A stretch of DNA of 54,430 bases from an uncultured Eubacteriales bacterium (GTDB taxonomy: Bacteria > Bacillota > Clostridia > Christensenellales > CAG-138), in contig CADAZC010000021.1 of NCBI GenBank assembly GCA_902792295.1, forward strand, positions 1 to 54,430, read 5' to 3'. A program made the position numbers and the translations under genes. Under the pieces are notes generated by a model. That model saw only the letters and a list, made by a program, of their open reading frames with translations, searched no databases and had not been told where the DNA came from. Positions 20,629 through 30,574 of this stretch are shown one piece after another. Numbering within the stretch: the stretch's first letter is position 1; the number at the start of each line of letters is the position of its first letter.

Positions 20629-21555
20629 ATGAAGAAACTCGTCATCGCCCTCGGCGGCAACGCGCTGGGCAACACGCCGTATGAACAGCTCAAGCTCGTC
20701 ACCGAGACCGCAAAGCCCATCGTCGACCTCATCGAGGCGGGCAATCAGGTCGTGATCGCGCATGGCAACGGTCCGCAGGTCGGCATGATCAACCTTGCGA
20801 TGTCCACCGCGGCAAACGCCAAGGCGATCAAATCCGACATGCCGTTCCCGGAGTGCGGCGCCATGAGCCAGGGCTATATCGGCTATCATCTGCAGAACAG
20901 CATTCAGAACGAACTTTCGGCGCGCGGCATCAAAAAGTCCGTCGCAACCGTCGTTACGCAGGTGCTCGTCGATGAAAACGATCCTGCGTTCCAGCATCCG
21001 ACCAAGCCGATCGGCGCGTTCTATTCCAAGGAAGAAGCGGACAAGATCGCGGCGGAGAAGGGATACACCATGATCGAGGACGCGGGACGCGGCTACCGTC
21101 AGGTCGTGCCGAGTCCGAAGCCCGTCGACGTCGTGGAAAAGGAAATGGTCAATACGCTGATCGACGCGGGACACGTCGTGATCACCGTGGGCGGCGGCGG
21201 CATTCCCGTTATTGAGAAGGAAGGAAAGCTCCTCGGCGTTCCCGCCGTCATCGACAAGGACTTTGCGTCCGCGAAGCTCGCCGAGCTCGTCAAGGCCGAC
21301 GCGCTCGTCATCCTCACCGCGGTCGACCGCGTTGCGATCAACTGGGGCAAGCCGAACCAGCAGTCGCTGGAACACATGACCTGCGCGGAAGCGGAGCAGT
21401 ACTGCAAGGAGGGGCACTTCGCGCCCGGTTCCATGCTCCCGAAGGTGCAGGCGGCGATGAGCTTTGCCAAAACCGGCGGCGAAGCGATCATCGCGTCGCT
21501 CGAAAACGCGGCGGCGGCGCTGCGCGGTGAAAGCGGCACAAAGGTTACGAAGTAA
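20629..21555 (+). CDS. arcC: Carbamate kinase
   Basis: VIALGGNAL, HGNGPQVG, PTKPIG, VIDKD, GSMLPKV. Confidence 0.96.
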   Translation: MKKLVIALGGNALGNTPYEQLKLVTETAKPIVDLIEAGNQVVIAHGNGPQVGMINLAMSTAANAKAIKSDMPFPECGAMSQGYIGYHLQNSIQNELSARGIKKSVATVVTQVLVDENDPAFQHPTKPIGAFYSKEEADKIAAEKGYTMIEDAGRGYRQVVPSPKPVDVVEKEMVNTLIDAGHVVITVGGGGIPVIEKEGKLLGVPAVIDKDFASAKLAELVKADALVILTAVDRVAINWGKPNQQSLEHMTCAEAEQYCKEGHFAPGSMLPKVQAAMSFAKTGGEAIIASLENAAAALRGESGTKVTK

Positions 21556-21566
21556 GAATCCGACAC

Positions 21567-21590
21567 AAGACCGCTTCGGCGGTCTTTTTT
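21567..21590 (+). terminator. Intrinsic terminator after arcC
   Basis: aagaccgc-ttcg-gcggtctt followed by T-run. Confidence 0.8.
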
Positions 21591-21668
21591 GTTTTCAGAT
21601 CGGGAGATAATTGACAGAATATACAAAAAACGATACAATAGGACCGAAAAACAGAAAGGGGAGAGACT

Positions 21669-22151
21669 ATGTTCAGAAACATCGGCGGCAAGATCAAAGG
21701 TCTTGCAAAAGTCATCTTTATCATTTCGGTCATCGTTTGGGCGATCTCCGCGCTGGTTGCGGCGATCGGCGCCGGCGTCGCGACGGCGGAAAGCTGCGGT
21801 TCGTACCGTCATTCGAGCGGTGCGGCGGGCTTCTTTGCAGGGCTCGGCATCTTCATTCTGGTTGCAGGCGTCGGCTTCCTCGTATCCTGGATCGGCTCCT
21901 TCTTCATGTACGGTCTCGGACAGCTCATCGAGGACACGGAGATCAACCGCAGAACGAACCAGCAGATCCTTGCAAAGCTGAATGCGGCTCCTGCAGCGCC
22001 TGCCCCCGCGCCCGCGCCCAAAGCCGAACCCATGGCGCCTGCGGCACCCGTAATGCCGCCGCAGCCGCAGAAGTGGGTTTGTCAGAACTGCGGCACGGAA
22101 AACGAGGAAAGCTCGCTGTTCTGCTTCAACTGCGGCACGCGCAAGGCATAA
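21669..22151 (+). CDS. Two-TM membrane protein with C-terminal RanBP2-like zinc ribbon
   Basis: MFRNIGGKIKGLAK, YGLGQLIE, WVCQNCG.EN....FCFNCG; TTGACA-17-TACAAT promoter. Confidence 0.8.
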   Translation: MFRNIGGKIKGLAKVIFIISVIVWAISALVAAIGAGVATAESCGSYRHSSGAAGFFAGLGIFILVAGVGFLVSWIGSFFMYGLGQLIEDTEINRRTNQQILAKLNAAPAAPAPAPAPKAEPMAPAAPVMPPQPQKWVCQNCGTENEESSLFCFNCGTRKA

Positions 22152-22164
22152 TTCGGACACAGAT

Positions 22165-22195
22165 AAAAAGCACCCGGAAAAACCGGGTGCTTTTT
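22165..22195. terminator. Bidirectional terminator
   Basis: aaaagcacccgg/ccgggtgctttt inverted repeat. Confidence 0.8.
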
Positions 22196-22207
22196 CGTTC
22201 TGCCGTA

Positions 22208-24616
22208 TTATTCGTCGCTGCGGTACGCGCTTACCACGTCGTCGTCCAGCACCACCGCCAGCAGCATTTCGCCCTTACTTGCCTTCGGTTCGATGTGGAT
22301 CTGTTCGGTGTCGATCGGGGTTTTCGTGCCGTGCCGCTGTTCGATGATCAGCGTGAACGGCGCCTGCACCGTGCCCGCATAGGCGATGCGCGTGCCGTTG
22401 CTGCCGTTCTTGCGGAAGTCGAACGTCTTGACGCCCTTGCCGTTTCTGCCCTGCTGTTCGTAGTCGAACAGGAAGCTCCTTTTTCCGAAGCCGCGGTCGG
22501 TGAGCACGATCAGCTCGCCTTCGTCGCCGACCGGCATGCACGCGCAGACGCGATCCTTCGGTTCCAGCTTGATGCCGATGACGCCCGCCGCGGCGCGTCC
22601 GGTTTCCGGCACGGAATCGGCGGCGAAGCGGATGCACATGCCCTGTTCGGTGACGAGCAGGATGTCCATCGTGGGCATCGGATACGCGCCCAAAAGCGCG
22701 TCCTTTTCTTTGAGATTCAGCGCGGCGGTGCGCTTGCCGCGCACGCGGTAGTCCGCGGCCTTGCTGCGCTTTACCATGCCGCCGGTCGTGCAGAACAGAT
22801 AGCTGCCCTCGTCGCGATCCGGGAACGCGCCGACGACCGTTTCGCCCTTTTCGAGCTCGACGATGCTCACAAGGTTCGCCGCCCGCGCCGCGGGACGCGT
22901 TTCGGGAATGTCGCTTACTTTGAGGTTCAGCATCGCGCCGCGGTTCGTGAACAGGCGGATGCTTTCGTTGCTGTTGACTTCAAGGATGCGCTCCGGCTTG
23001 TCGGCGCGGATCTGACTGAGATTAAACTGCTTTTTCGGGCACTTGCGGATCTTCAGGTCGGCGCACACGGCGACGATCATTTCTTCGACCGCTTCCGGTT
23101 CGGCGCTCGGCGCTTCGACTTCGGCGTCGGCGGAGATGATCTGCGTTCTGCGCTTGCCGTCGAACAGCTTTTTGACCTCGGTGAGCTCCTTCTTGATCAG
23201 ATGCACGAGCTTCGTATCGGAAGCGAGGATCGCTTCCAGCTCGGCGATCAGCTTTTTCACGTCGCGGTATTCCTTCTCGATCGCAAGAAGCTCGAGGTTC
23301 GTGAGCTTCTGCAGCCGCAGATCGAGGATCGCCTGCGCCTGGATCTCGGTGAGCGAGAACGTTCGCATCAGGCCCTCGCGCGCTTCCTTCGGCGACTTGC
23401 TCGCGCGGATCAGCTTGATCACACGGTCGAGATTGTTGACCGCAACCATGAGTCCTTCCAGGATATGGCAGCGCTTCTTTGCGATCTCCAGCTCGGTCTT
23501 CGTGCGGCGCGTGACGACCGCGCGCTGATGGCGCACGTAGTATTCGATGATCTGCTTGAGGTTCAGCTGCTGCGGCTTGCCGTCGGCGATCGCCACATAG
23601 TTCGCGCCGAACGTGCATTGCAGATCGGAGTATTTGAACAAAAGCTGCAGGATCCGCTCGGGATCGCCGTCCTTCTTGATCTCGATGACGGCGCGCGTAC
23701 CCATGCGGTCGGATTCGTCGCGGATATCGGAAACGGCGGCGAACATCGCCTTCTTCTCCTGCGTGATCTCGAGAATCTTCGAGAGGCACGCCGCCTTGTT
23801 GATCTGATACGGGAACTCGTCGATCACGATGCGCGTCTTGCCGTTCTTGACCTCCTCAAAGTGCGTGCGCGCGCGCATGGTCAGCTTGCCGCGGCCGGTT
23901 TCATAGCTCTGCGCGATCTCGGGGGAGTCGAGCAGGAATCCGCCGGTGGGGAAGTCCGGCGCGGGCATGATCTTCATGAGATCGGCGATCTTGATGCGCG
24001 GATTGTCGAGCACGGCGATGACCGCGTCGATCGCTTCCACCGGATTGTGCGGCGGGATCGAGGTCGCCAGACCGACCGCAATGCCGTTTGCGCCGTTGAC
24101 CAGAAGGTTCGGGAATCTGCCGGGCAAGAGCGTCGGTTCTTTCAGCGTGTCGTCGAAGTTCCATGTGAAATCGACGGTGTCCTTGTCGATGTCCTTGAGC
24201 AGCAGCAGGGCGGCGTCGGTCATGCGCGCTTCGGTATAGCGCATCGCCGCGGCGGTGTCGCCGTCGACCGAGCCGAAGTTGCCGTGTCCGTCGACGAGCG
24301 TGACGCCCATGTTGAACGGCTGCGCCATGCGCACCATCGCGTCGTACACGGAAGAATCGCCGTGCGGATGGTATTTGCCGAGGCAGTCGCCGACGATACG
24401 CGCGCTCTTGCGGTGCGGCTTGTCGGGGGAGAGACCCAGCTCCATCATGGTATAGAGGATGCGGCGCTGCACGGGCTTCAGACCGTCTTCGACGCGCGGC
24501 AGAGCGCGTTCCAGAATGACGTGCTCCGCATAGGGCATCATCGAATCGTGCATGACCTCGTCCATGCTCTTATTCAGAATGGTTTCGGGTAAGGTCGGGA
24601 TTGTTGTCTTTGCCAT
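22208..24616 (-). CDS. parC: Type IIA topoisomerase subunit A, probably topoisomerase IV
   Basis: [23 protein letters not shown]; no canonical GyrA box at the start of the CTD. Confidence 0.85.
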   Translation of the reverse strand: MAKTTIPTLPETILNKSMDEVMHDSMMPYAEHVILERALPRVEDGLKPVQRRILYTMMELGLSPDKPHRKSARIVGDCLGKYHPHGDSSVYDAMVRMAQPFNMGVTLVDGHGNFGSVDGDTAAAMRYTEARMTDAALLLLKDIDKDTVDFTWNFDDTLKEPTLLPGRFPNLLVNGANGIAVGLATSIPPHNPVEAIDAVIAVLDNPRIKIADLMKIMPAPDFPTGGFLLDSPEIAQSYETGRGKLTMRARTHFEEVKNGKTRIVIDEFPYQINKAACLSKILEITQEKKAMFAAVSDIRDESDRMGTRAVIEIKKDGDPERILQLLFKYSDLQCTFGANYVAIADGKPQQLNLKQIIEYYVRHQRAVVTRRTKTELEIAKKRCHILEGLMVAVNNLDRVIKLIRASKSPKEAREGLMRTFSLTEIQAQAILDLRLQKLTNLELLAIEKEYRDVKKLIAELEAILASDTKLVHLIKKELTEVKKLFDGKRRTQIISADAEVEAPSAEPEAVEEMIVAVCADLKIRKCPKKQFNLSQIRADKPERILEVNSNESIRLFTNRGAMLNLKVSDIPETRPAARAANLVSIVELEKGETVVGAFPDRDEGSYLFCTTGGMVKRSKAADYRVRGKRTAALNLKEKDALLGAYPMPTMDILLVTEQGMCIRFAADSVPETGRAAAGVIGIKLEPKDRVCACMPVGDEGELIVLTDRGFGKRSFLFDYEQQGRNGKGVKTFDFRKNGSNGTRIAYAGTVQAPFTLIIEQRHGTKTPIDTEQIHIEPKASKGEMLLAVVLDDDVVSAYRSDE

Positions 24617-24619
24617 GGC

Positions 24620-26572
24620 TTACTCCTTGATCTTTTCAAACACGGCGCTCGAACGGTTGAAGTCCGCGTATTCGAAGATGTATTCCTTGCGTGACTGCAC
24701 CTTGTCGCCCATCAGCACGGTCACGAGGTGCTCGACCTCCGCCGCATCCTCGATGGTGACGCGCGTGAGCCGTCTGCCCTGCGGGTTCATCGTCGTCTCC
24801 CAGAGCTGCTCGGGGTTCATCTCGCCGAGACCCTTGTAGCGCTGCAGGGTATAGTTCTTGCCGGAAATATTCCGCATCGCCGCCTTCAGCGCCGGATCGT
24901 CGTAGCAGTAAACCGGCGGCTGGTTCGCCTTCTGCACGCGGTACAGCGGCGCCATGCCGATGTAAACGTGTCCCTCGGTGATCAGCGGACGCATGTAGCG
25001 GTAGAAGAAGGTCAGAAGGATCGCGCGGATGTGCGCGCCGTCCTGGTCCGCGTCGGCGAGGATGATGATCTTGTTGTATTTCAGCGAGGCGATGTCGAAA
25101 TCGTCGCCGATGCCCGTGCCGAGCGCGGTGATGATCGAACGGAATTCGTCGTTCTGCAGAACCTGTTCGAGCCGCTTCTTTTCGACGTTCAGCGGCTTGC
25201 CGCGCAGCGGCAGAATCGCCTGGAATCTGCGGTCGCGTCCCTGCTTCGCGCTGCCGCCCGCGGAGTCGCCCTCCACGATGAACAGCTCGTTCACGGAATA
25301 ATCGCGACCGGTGCAGCTACTGAGCTTTCCGACGAGCGGCGCGTTTTCCAGCTTGTTCTTTTCGCGCGCGTTTTCCTTCGCCTTGCGCGCCGCGCTTCTC
25401 GCCTTCGCGGCTTTTACCGCCTTTTCCGCGATCAGGTTTGCGGTATTTGCGTTCTTGAGGTTTTCGAGCCACGGCACGAGCGTCTGGTTCAGGACCGCCT
25501 CCACCGCGGGACGCGCCTCGGTGTTGCCGAGTTTCGTCTTGGTCTGCCCCTCGAACTGCACGCTGCGCATCTTCAGCGACAGCACCGCCGTCATGCCCTC
25601 GCGGAAGTCCTCGCCCGCGAGCGACGGGTCCTTGTCCTTCAATACGCCGGTCTTGCGGCAGTAGTCGTTGAAGATCTTGGTGATCGCCGCCTTGAAGCCG
25701 GTCTCGTGCGTGCCGCCCTCGGTGGTCGGAATGTTGTTGACGTACGATGCAATCGTTTCGGCGTATTCGTCGTTGTGCAGGATCGCAGCTTCGACCACGA
25801 TGCCGTTCGATTCACCCTTCAAATGGATCGGCGGATCGTACAGCGCGGTCTTGTCCTCCTGAATGTAACGCACGAAGTCAGAAAGTCCGCCGTCGAACTT
25901 GAACTCGGCGTGATGCTGCTTTTCGCGCTGATCGTCCAGCACGAGCTTTAAGCCCCGGTTCAGGTACGCAAGCTCGCGAAGCCGCTTCATGACCACCGAG
26001 TACTGCATATCGATCGTCTCGAATACGCGGTCGTCCGGTAAAAACGTCACGACCGTGCCCTGCTTCCGGGTTCTGCCGATCTCGGTCAGCGGATATTTCG
26101 GCTTTCCGGAAACGATCTTGCCCTCGGCGTTCTCCACGCTTTCGAATTCCATCTTATAGGCGCGGTTTTCGTGATAGACCTCGACCGAAAGCCAGCGCGA
26201 CAGCGCGTTGACGACCGAAGCGCCTACGCCGTGCAGACCGCCGGAATAGGAATACGCCGCGTTGCCGAACTTGCCGCCGGCGTGCAGCTGCGTAAAGACG
26301 ACCTCGACGCCGGAGACGCCGAGCTTTTCGTGGATGCCGGTGGGGATGCCGCGTCCGTTGTCGGTGACGGTCACCGAATGGTCGCGGTGCAGCGTGACGG
26401 TGATCTCGTCCGCATAGCCGTTCGCCGCTTCGTCGATCGCGTTGTCCACGATCTCCCAGAGAAGGTGGTGCAGACCCGGCAGACCGGTCGAGCCGATATA
26501 CATGCCGGGACGCATTCTGACCGCGTCCAGCCCCTCCATGACGGTTATATTTTTGACGGAATACTCTTCCAT
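24620..26572 (-). CDS. parE: Type IIA topoisomerase subunit B, probably topoisomerase IV
   Basis: RPGMYIG, EIVDNAIDE, GGLHGVG, EGDSAGG, PLRGK, DADQDG, RYKGLGEM; SD ggagg. Confidence 0.85.
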   Translation of the reverse strand: MEEYSVKNITVMEGLDAVRMRPGMYIGSTGLPGLHHLLWEIVDNAIDEAANGYADEITVTLHRDHSVTVTDNGRGIPTGIHEKLGVSGVEVVFTQLHAGGKFGNAAYSYSGGLHGVGASVVNALSRWLSVEVYHENRAYKMEFESVENAEGKIVSGKPKYPLTEIGRTRKQGTVVTFLPDDRVFETIDMQYSVVMKRLRELAYLNRGLKLVLDDQREKQHHAEFKFDGGLSDFVRYIQEDKTALYDPPIHLKGESNGIVVEAAILHNDEYAETIASYVNNIPTTEGGTHETGFKAAITKIFNDYCRKTGVLKDKDPSLAGEDFREGMTAVLSLKMRSVQFEGQTKTKLGNTEARPAVEAVLNQTLVPWLENLKNANTANLIAEKAVKAAKARSAARKAKENAREKNKLENAPLVGKLSSCTGRDYSVNELFIVEGDSAGGSAKQGRDRRFQAILPLRGKPLNVEKKRLEQVLQNDEFRSIITALGTGIGDDFDIASLKYNKIIILADADQDGAHIRAILLTFFYRYMRPLITEGHVYIGMAPLYRVQKANQPPVYCYDDPALKAAMRNISGKNYTLQRYKGLGEMNPEQLWETTMNPQGRRLTRVTIEDAAEVEHLVTVLMGDKVQSRKEYIFEYADFNRSSAVFEKIKE

Positions 26573-26599
26573 ATATATCCTCCGAACTTTGGTTCCTGC

Positions 26600-26657
26600 A
26601 ATTATACCACAACATCTTGTGTCTGAGGAATTATACCACAACATCTTGTGTCTGAGG
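26600..26657 (-). promoter_or_regulatory. 29-bp exact tandem duplication containing an extended -10 and an NrdR-box-like operator
   Basis: (aattataccacaacatcttgtgtctgagg)x2; TGgTATAAT on the minus strand; ccaCaAcATcTtGtgt at 26607 and 26636. Confidence 0.7.
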
Positions 26658-26807
26658 TGGATTTTGGTTTGTTTTTAACGTATTATTCATATTTCATGGA
26701 AAATTTGCTTTTCAGACGCAATTATGGGGTGACAAGGACGGCGGTTTGGTGTATAATCTACGATGTATATATATGTGGAAATATACCGTTACGGAGAAAG
26801 GAGCCGC

Positions 26808-27780
26808 ATGGAGACCGGATTTCATCATGTTCCGATCATGGTTTCGGAAGTGCTGGAGCTTTTAGAGCCCTCCCGCGGCGGAATGCGGCGGAATCTTCGT
26901 CGACGGCACGCTCGGCGGCGGCGGACACGCGGAAGCGGTGCTCTCCGCAATGCCGGAAAGCGGAAAGCTCTTCGGCATCGACCGCGACGACGAGGCGCTC
27001 GAAGCGGCGGGCGCACGGCTTGCGTGTTTCGGCGACCGGTTCACGGCGATCAAGGGCAATTTCTTCGACATGAAATCGCTGCTTGCCGCGCGCGGCGTTT
27101 GCAAGGTCGACGGTATTCTTCTGGACCTCGGCGTCAGCTCGCATCAGCTCGACGCGCGCGAACGCGGCTTCTCCTACAAGGCGGAAGCGCCTCTGGACAT
27201 GCGCATGGATCAAAGCGCGCCGCTTTCGGCGAAAACCGTCGTGAACGAATGGCCGGAGGAGAAGCTGCGCGAGATCTTTTACGAGTACGGCGAGGAGAAG
27301 TTTTCCGCAAAGATCGCGCGGCGGATCGTCGAGCGGCGGGCGGAACGGCCGATCGAAACGACGACGGAGCTTGCGGAGCTCATTAAAAGCGCGATCCCGG
27401 CAAAGTTTCGGAACGAGCCGCAGCATCCGGCGCGGCGGTGCTTTCAGGCGATCCGCATTGCCGTGAACGGCGAGCTCGACGGGCTGGACGAAGCGATCCG
27501 AAATGCGCACGATCTGCTGAATCCGGGCGGACGGCTTGCGATTCTGACCTTCCACTCGCTGGAGGACCGGATCGTGAAAAACGCGTTCCGCTCGTTCGAG
27601 AACCCCTGCACCTGCCCGAAATCGGCGCCGGTGTGCATCTGCGGCAAAAAGCCCACCGCAAAGGTCCTGACGCGGCATCCGCTGACGGCGTCGGAACGGG
27701 AACAAACGGAAAATTCGCGCGCGACGAGCGCAAAGCTTCGCGCGATCGTGCGCATGGATCCCGACACGGGATCATATTGA
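26808..27780 (+). CDS. rsmH: 16S rRNA m4C1402 methyltransferase, frameshifted by a 10-bp duplication
   Basis: HVPIM..EV, VDGTLGGGGHA, DLGVSSHQLD, FQAIRIAVN, TFHSLEDR; gcggcggaat x2 at 26875-26894. Confidence 0.93.
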
Positions 27781-27799
27781 TGAAGAAAGGAGAAGCGGT

Positions 27800-28303
27800 A
27801 TGGACGTTCAGTTCGATGAAGAACGGCCGAAGGGCAGAAATGCGAAAACACGGCTTTATTCGCCGAACAAAACGGGCAATCCGACGCCGATTTTAGAGGA
27901 CTCGACGATGCCGATCCGTCCGCAGCCCACGCGTGAAACGCGCGCAAGGCGCCGCGAGACGAAGGAGCTGCGGCTCACGACGACGAGCAAGGTTCTGATC
28001 CTGCTGTCGGTGTTCGTGATCGCGGCGACGGCGCTGTTCGGGCTGTTCGGCGCTGCGGAGTACGCGCAGATCATCAGCGATACCGCTTCCGTCAACAAGG
28101 AGATCGAATCCTACAACGATCAGATCTCGCAGATTCGCAAGACGCAGAGTTCCATGAACGACTTTGCGACGATCAACGACGTATGCCGCAGACTCGGCAT
28201 GACCATGAACTGGTACAGGGGCGCCGCAGGCGGCGGAACGGACACGACCGTTCCCCCGACCTTTGCGCCCGACACCCCTGCGCCGGACGGAGCACAACCA
28301 TGA
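27800..28303 (+). CDS. ftsL: FtsL-like cell division protein
   Basis: Single TM followed by a coiled coil and LGM motif; lies between rsmH and the PBP gene. Confidence 0.65.
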   Translation: MDVQFDEERPKGRNAKTRLYSPNKTGNPTPILEDSTMPIRPQPTRETRARRRETKELRLTTTSKVLILLSVFVIAATALFGLFGAAEYAQIISDTASVNKEIESYNDQISQIRKTQSSMNDFATINDVCRRLGMTMNWYRGAAGGGTDTTVPPTFAPDTPAPDGAQP

Positions 28304-30549
28304 GCATCTTTGATTCGCGCCCGCGCCGCAGGCGGGTACGGCGTACCGGAACAAAATCCGGACGCGCCGGCGCGCCGAAAACGCGGATCGGGCCGCACAA
28401 AAGAAAATTGCTGTTCGCCATGCTGATCGCCGGCATCGCCTTTTTGCTGATCATCGGCAAGCTTTTCGACGCCTCGATCATCCACGGCAAGGAGTGGACG
28501 CAGAAGGCGATGAGCCAGTGGACGCGCGTGACCTCTTTGAAGGCGGAGCGCGGGCGCATCCTCGACCGGAACGGCACGACGCTTGCATCGTCCTATACCA
28601 CGTATCAGATCTGTCTGAACCCGCAGAACATCCAGGACTCGGACCGCGAGCGCATCGCGTCGATCCTGTCGATGTATCTCGGCATGAACTACGACACCGT
28701 CTATGCGAAGATGACCAAGACGCGCAAAAAGTATCCGAACGATCCGGACAACCACGAACGCGTCCTGTATTCGCAGATCAAGCTCAAGGACCAGGTCGAC
28801 AAAGAAGTCATCAGTAAGCTCAACTCCATGCAGCTCGGCAGCGGCGTCAGCTATTACAGCGACGTCAAGCGCGACTATCCGGAGGCGGGCTATTACGCGC
28901 AGCTCATCGGGTTTACGAACATCGACGGCGATGGACAGACCGGCGTCGAACTGACGTACAACAAATATCTCGCGGGCGAGGACGGCTATCAGAAGGCGGA
29001 CACCGACCGCGACAACAACCCGGTTCCCGGCGGCGAAGAGGAATACGTCGAGAGCGTTCCGGGCGCGGACGTCGTTCTCACCGTCGATACCGGCTATCAG
29101 GGCATCCTTGAAAACGCGCTGCAGGAGGCGTGCAGCATCAACAACGCCAAGAGCGCGGCGGGGATCCTGATGGTGCCGAAGACCGGCGAGATCCTTGCGA
29201 TCGGCACGTATCCGACGTTCGAGTCCTCGAACCCGCCGCGTTCCGACGCAAAGACGCTTCTGGAACTCTCGAAAAACCGCATCGTCACCGACACCTACGA
29301 GCCCGGCTCGACGTTCAAGGTCGTCACCCTTGCGTCGGCGCTGGAATCCGGCGCGGTCACGACCGAAAGCCGGTTCCGCTGCAGCGGATCGCTTCTGGTG
29401 CGCGGCGAAAAGATCAAGTGCTGGAAGTCGGGCGGACACGGCGAGGAATCGCTCGCCGAAGCGGTGCAAAACTCCTGCAATCCGGCGTTCATGTCGATGG
29501 CGCTGAAAATGGGCGTCGACACGTTCTACGACTATATTTTCAAGTTCGGATTCGATGAAAAGACCGACAGCGGCGTGATGGGCGAAACCAGCGGCACCGT
29601 TACGCACAAGAAGTATATCCGTGACGCGGACCTCGCGCGCATCGGCTTCGGACAGAGCATCAGCTGCACGGGCATGCAGCTCATCACGGCGGTCAATGCC
29701 TGCATCAACGGCGGCGATCTCATGAAACCGTACGTCGTTTCCGAGATCGTCGACAAGTCCGGCAACGTGTTGGTGAAAAACGAGCCGACCGTCGTGCGCC
29801 ATGTGATCTCGCCCGGCACGTCCGCAACGATCCGCAGTCTTCTGCGCGGCGTTGTGGAAAAGGGCAGCGGCAAAAACGCGCAGGTTCCCGGATACTCGGT
29901 CGGCGGCAAGACGGGCACGTCGCAGAAATACGACGAAAACGGCAAGGTGTCTTCTTCGAAGCTCGTCGCATCGTTCGTCGGCTTTGCGCCGGTCGACGAT
30001 CCGCAGTTTATCTGCCTGATCATCGTCGACGAACCGCAGGTCCCGCAGGTGTACGGCAGCACGGTCGCCGCGCCGTTTGTGCAGCAGGTGCTTGCCGCGG
30101 CGCTCTCGTACGCGGGCATCGCGCCGGACATCGACAGCCAGATCGCAACGGTCCCGAACGTGCGCGGGCTCACGGTGGAACAGGCGAACAAGGCGCTGAG
30201 GGATGCGGGGCTGACGTCGATCTATGTGGAAGCGGAGCTCCAGTCGACCGTTTCGAACCAGTCGCCGGCGGCGAACACACAGGTTGTGCGCGGCAGTCCG
30301 GTGATGCTGTATTCCACGGGGTACTCCTTCTTCTCCGAACTCACGGAAGAGGTCGAAATGGTGGAGGTGCCGAAGCTGATCGGCAAGGACCGCATCGACG
30401 CGCTCGACGCGCTGAAGAAGGTCGGACTTCTGATGGATTACGATCAGCATCATTGCGCGGGATACGTGGTGTATCAGGATATTACGGAAGGATTCAAGGT
30501 GCCTGTCGGCACGGTCATCCACGTGCAGTTGGAACCAAAGAGCAAATAA
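28300..30549 (+). CDS. Class B penicillin-binding protein (FtsI/SpoVD-like) with two PASTA domains
   Basis: RGRILDRNG, EPGSTFK (SxxK), SCN, KTGT, VPNVRG and VPKLIG. Confidence 0.92.
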   Translation: MSIFDSRPRRRRVRRTGTKSGRAGAPKTRIGPHKRKLLFAMLIAGIAFLLIIGKLFDASIIHGKEWTQKAMSQWTRVTSLKAERGRILDRNGTTLASSYTTYQICLNPQNIQDSDRERIASILSMYLGMNYDTVYAKMTKTRKKYPNDPDNHERVLYSQIKLKDQVDKEVISKLNSMQLGSGVSYYSDVKRDYPEAGYYAQLIGFTNIDGDGQTGVELTYNKYLAGEDGYQKADTDRDNNPVPGGEEEYVESVPGADVVLTVDTGYQGILENALQEACSINNAKSAAGILMVPKTGEILAIGTYPTFESSNPPRSDAKTLLELSKNRIVTDTYEPGSTFKVVTLASALESGAVTTESRFRCSGSLLVRGEKIKCWKSGGHGEESLAEAVQNSCNPAFMSMALKMGVDTFYDYIFKFGFDEKTDSGVMGETSGTVTHKKYIRDADLARIGFGQSISCTGMQLITAVNACINGGDLMKPYVVSEIVDKSGNVLVKNEPTVVRHVISPGTSATIRSLLRGVVEKGSGKNAQVPGYSVGGKTGTSQKYDENGKVSSSKLVASFVGFAPVDDPQFICLIIVDEPQVPQVYGSTVAAPFVQQVLAAALSYAGIAPDIDSQIATVPNVRGLTVEQANKALRDAGLTSIYVEAELQSTVSNQSPAANTQVVRGSPVMLYSTGYSFFSELTEEVEMVEVPKLIGKDRIDALDALKKVGLLMDYDQHHCAGYVVYQDITEGFKVPVGTVIHVQLEPKSK

Positions 30550-30574
30550 GACCAGAATAACGGGGGAAACAAGA

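Noticed and set aside
21611-24592. Very long alternative-frame and antisense ORFs (e.g. 993 aa, 901 aa, 782 aa, 734 aa)
   Set aside because: Shadow ORFs opposite well-supported genes, expected with high GC3; no motifs or RBS
22208-26572. Calling the pair gyrB-gyrA, or quinolone resistance
   Set aside because: No canonical GyrA box and no dnaA/recF context; [14 protein letters not shown] looks wild type
26600-26657. 29-bp repeats as a CRISPR array
   Set aside because: Only two adjacent copies, no spacer and no cas genes
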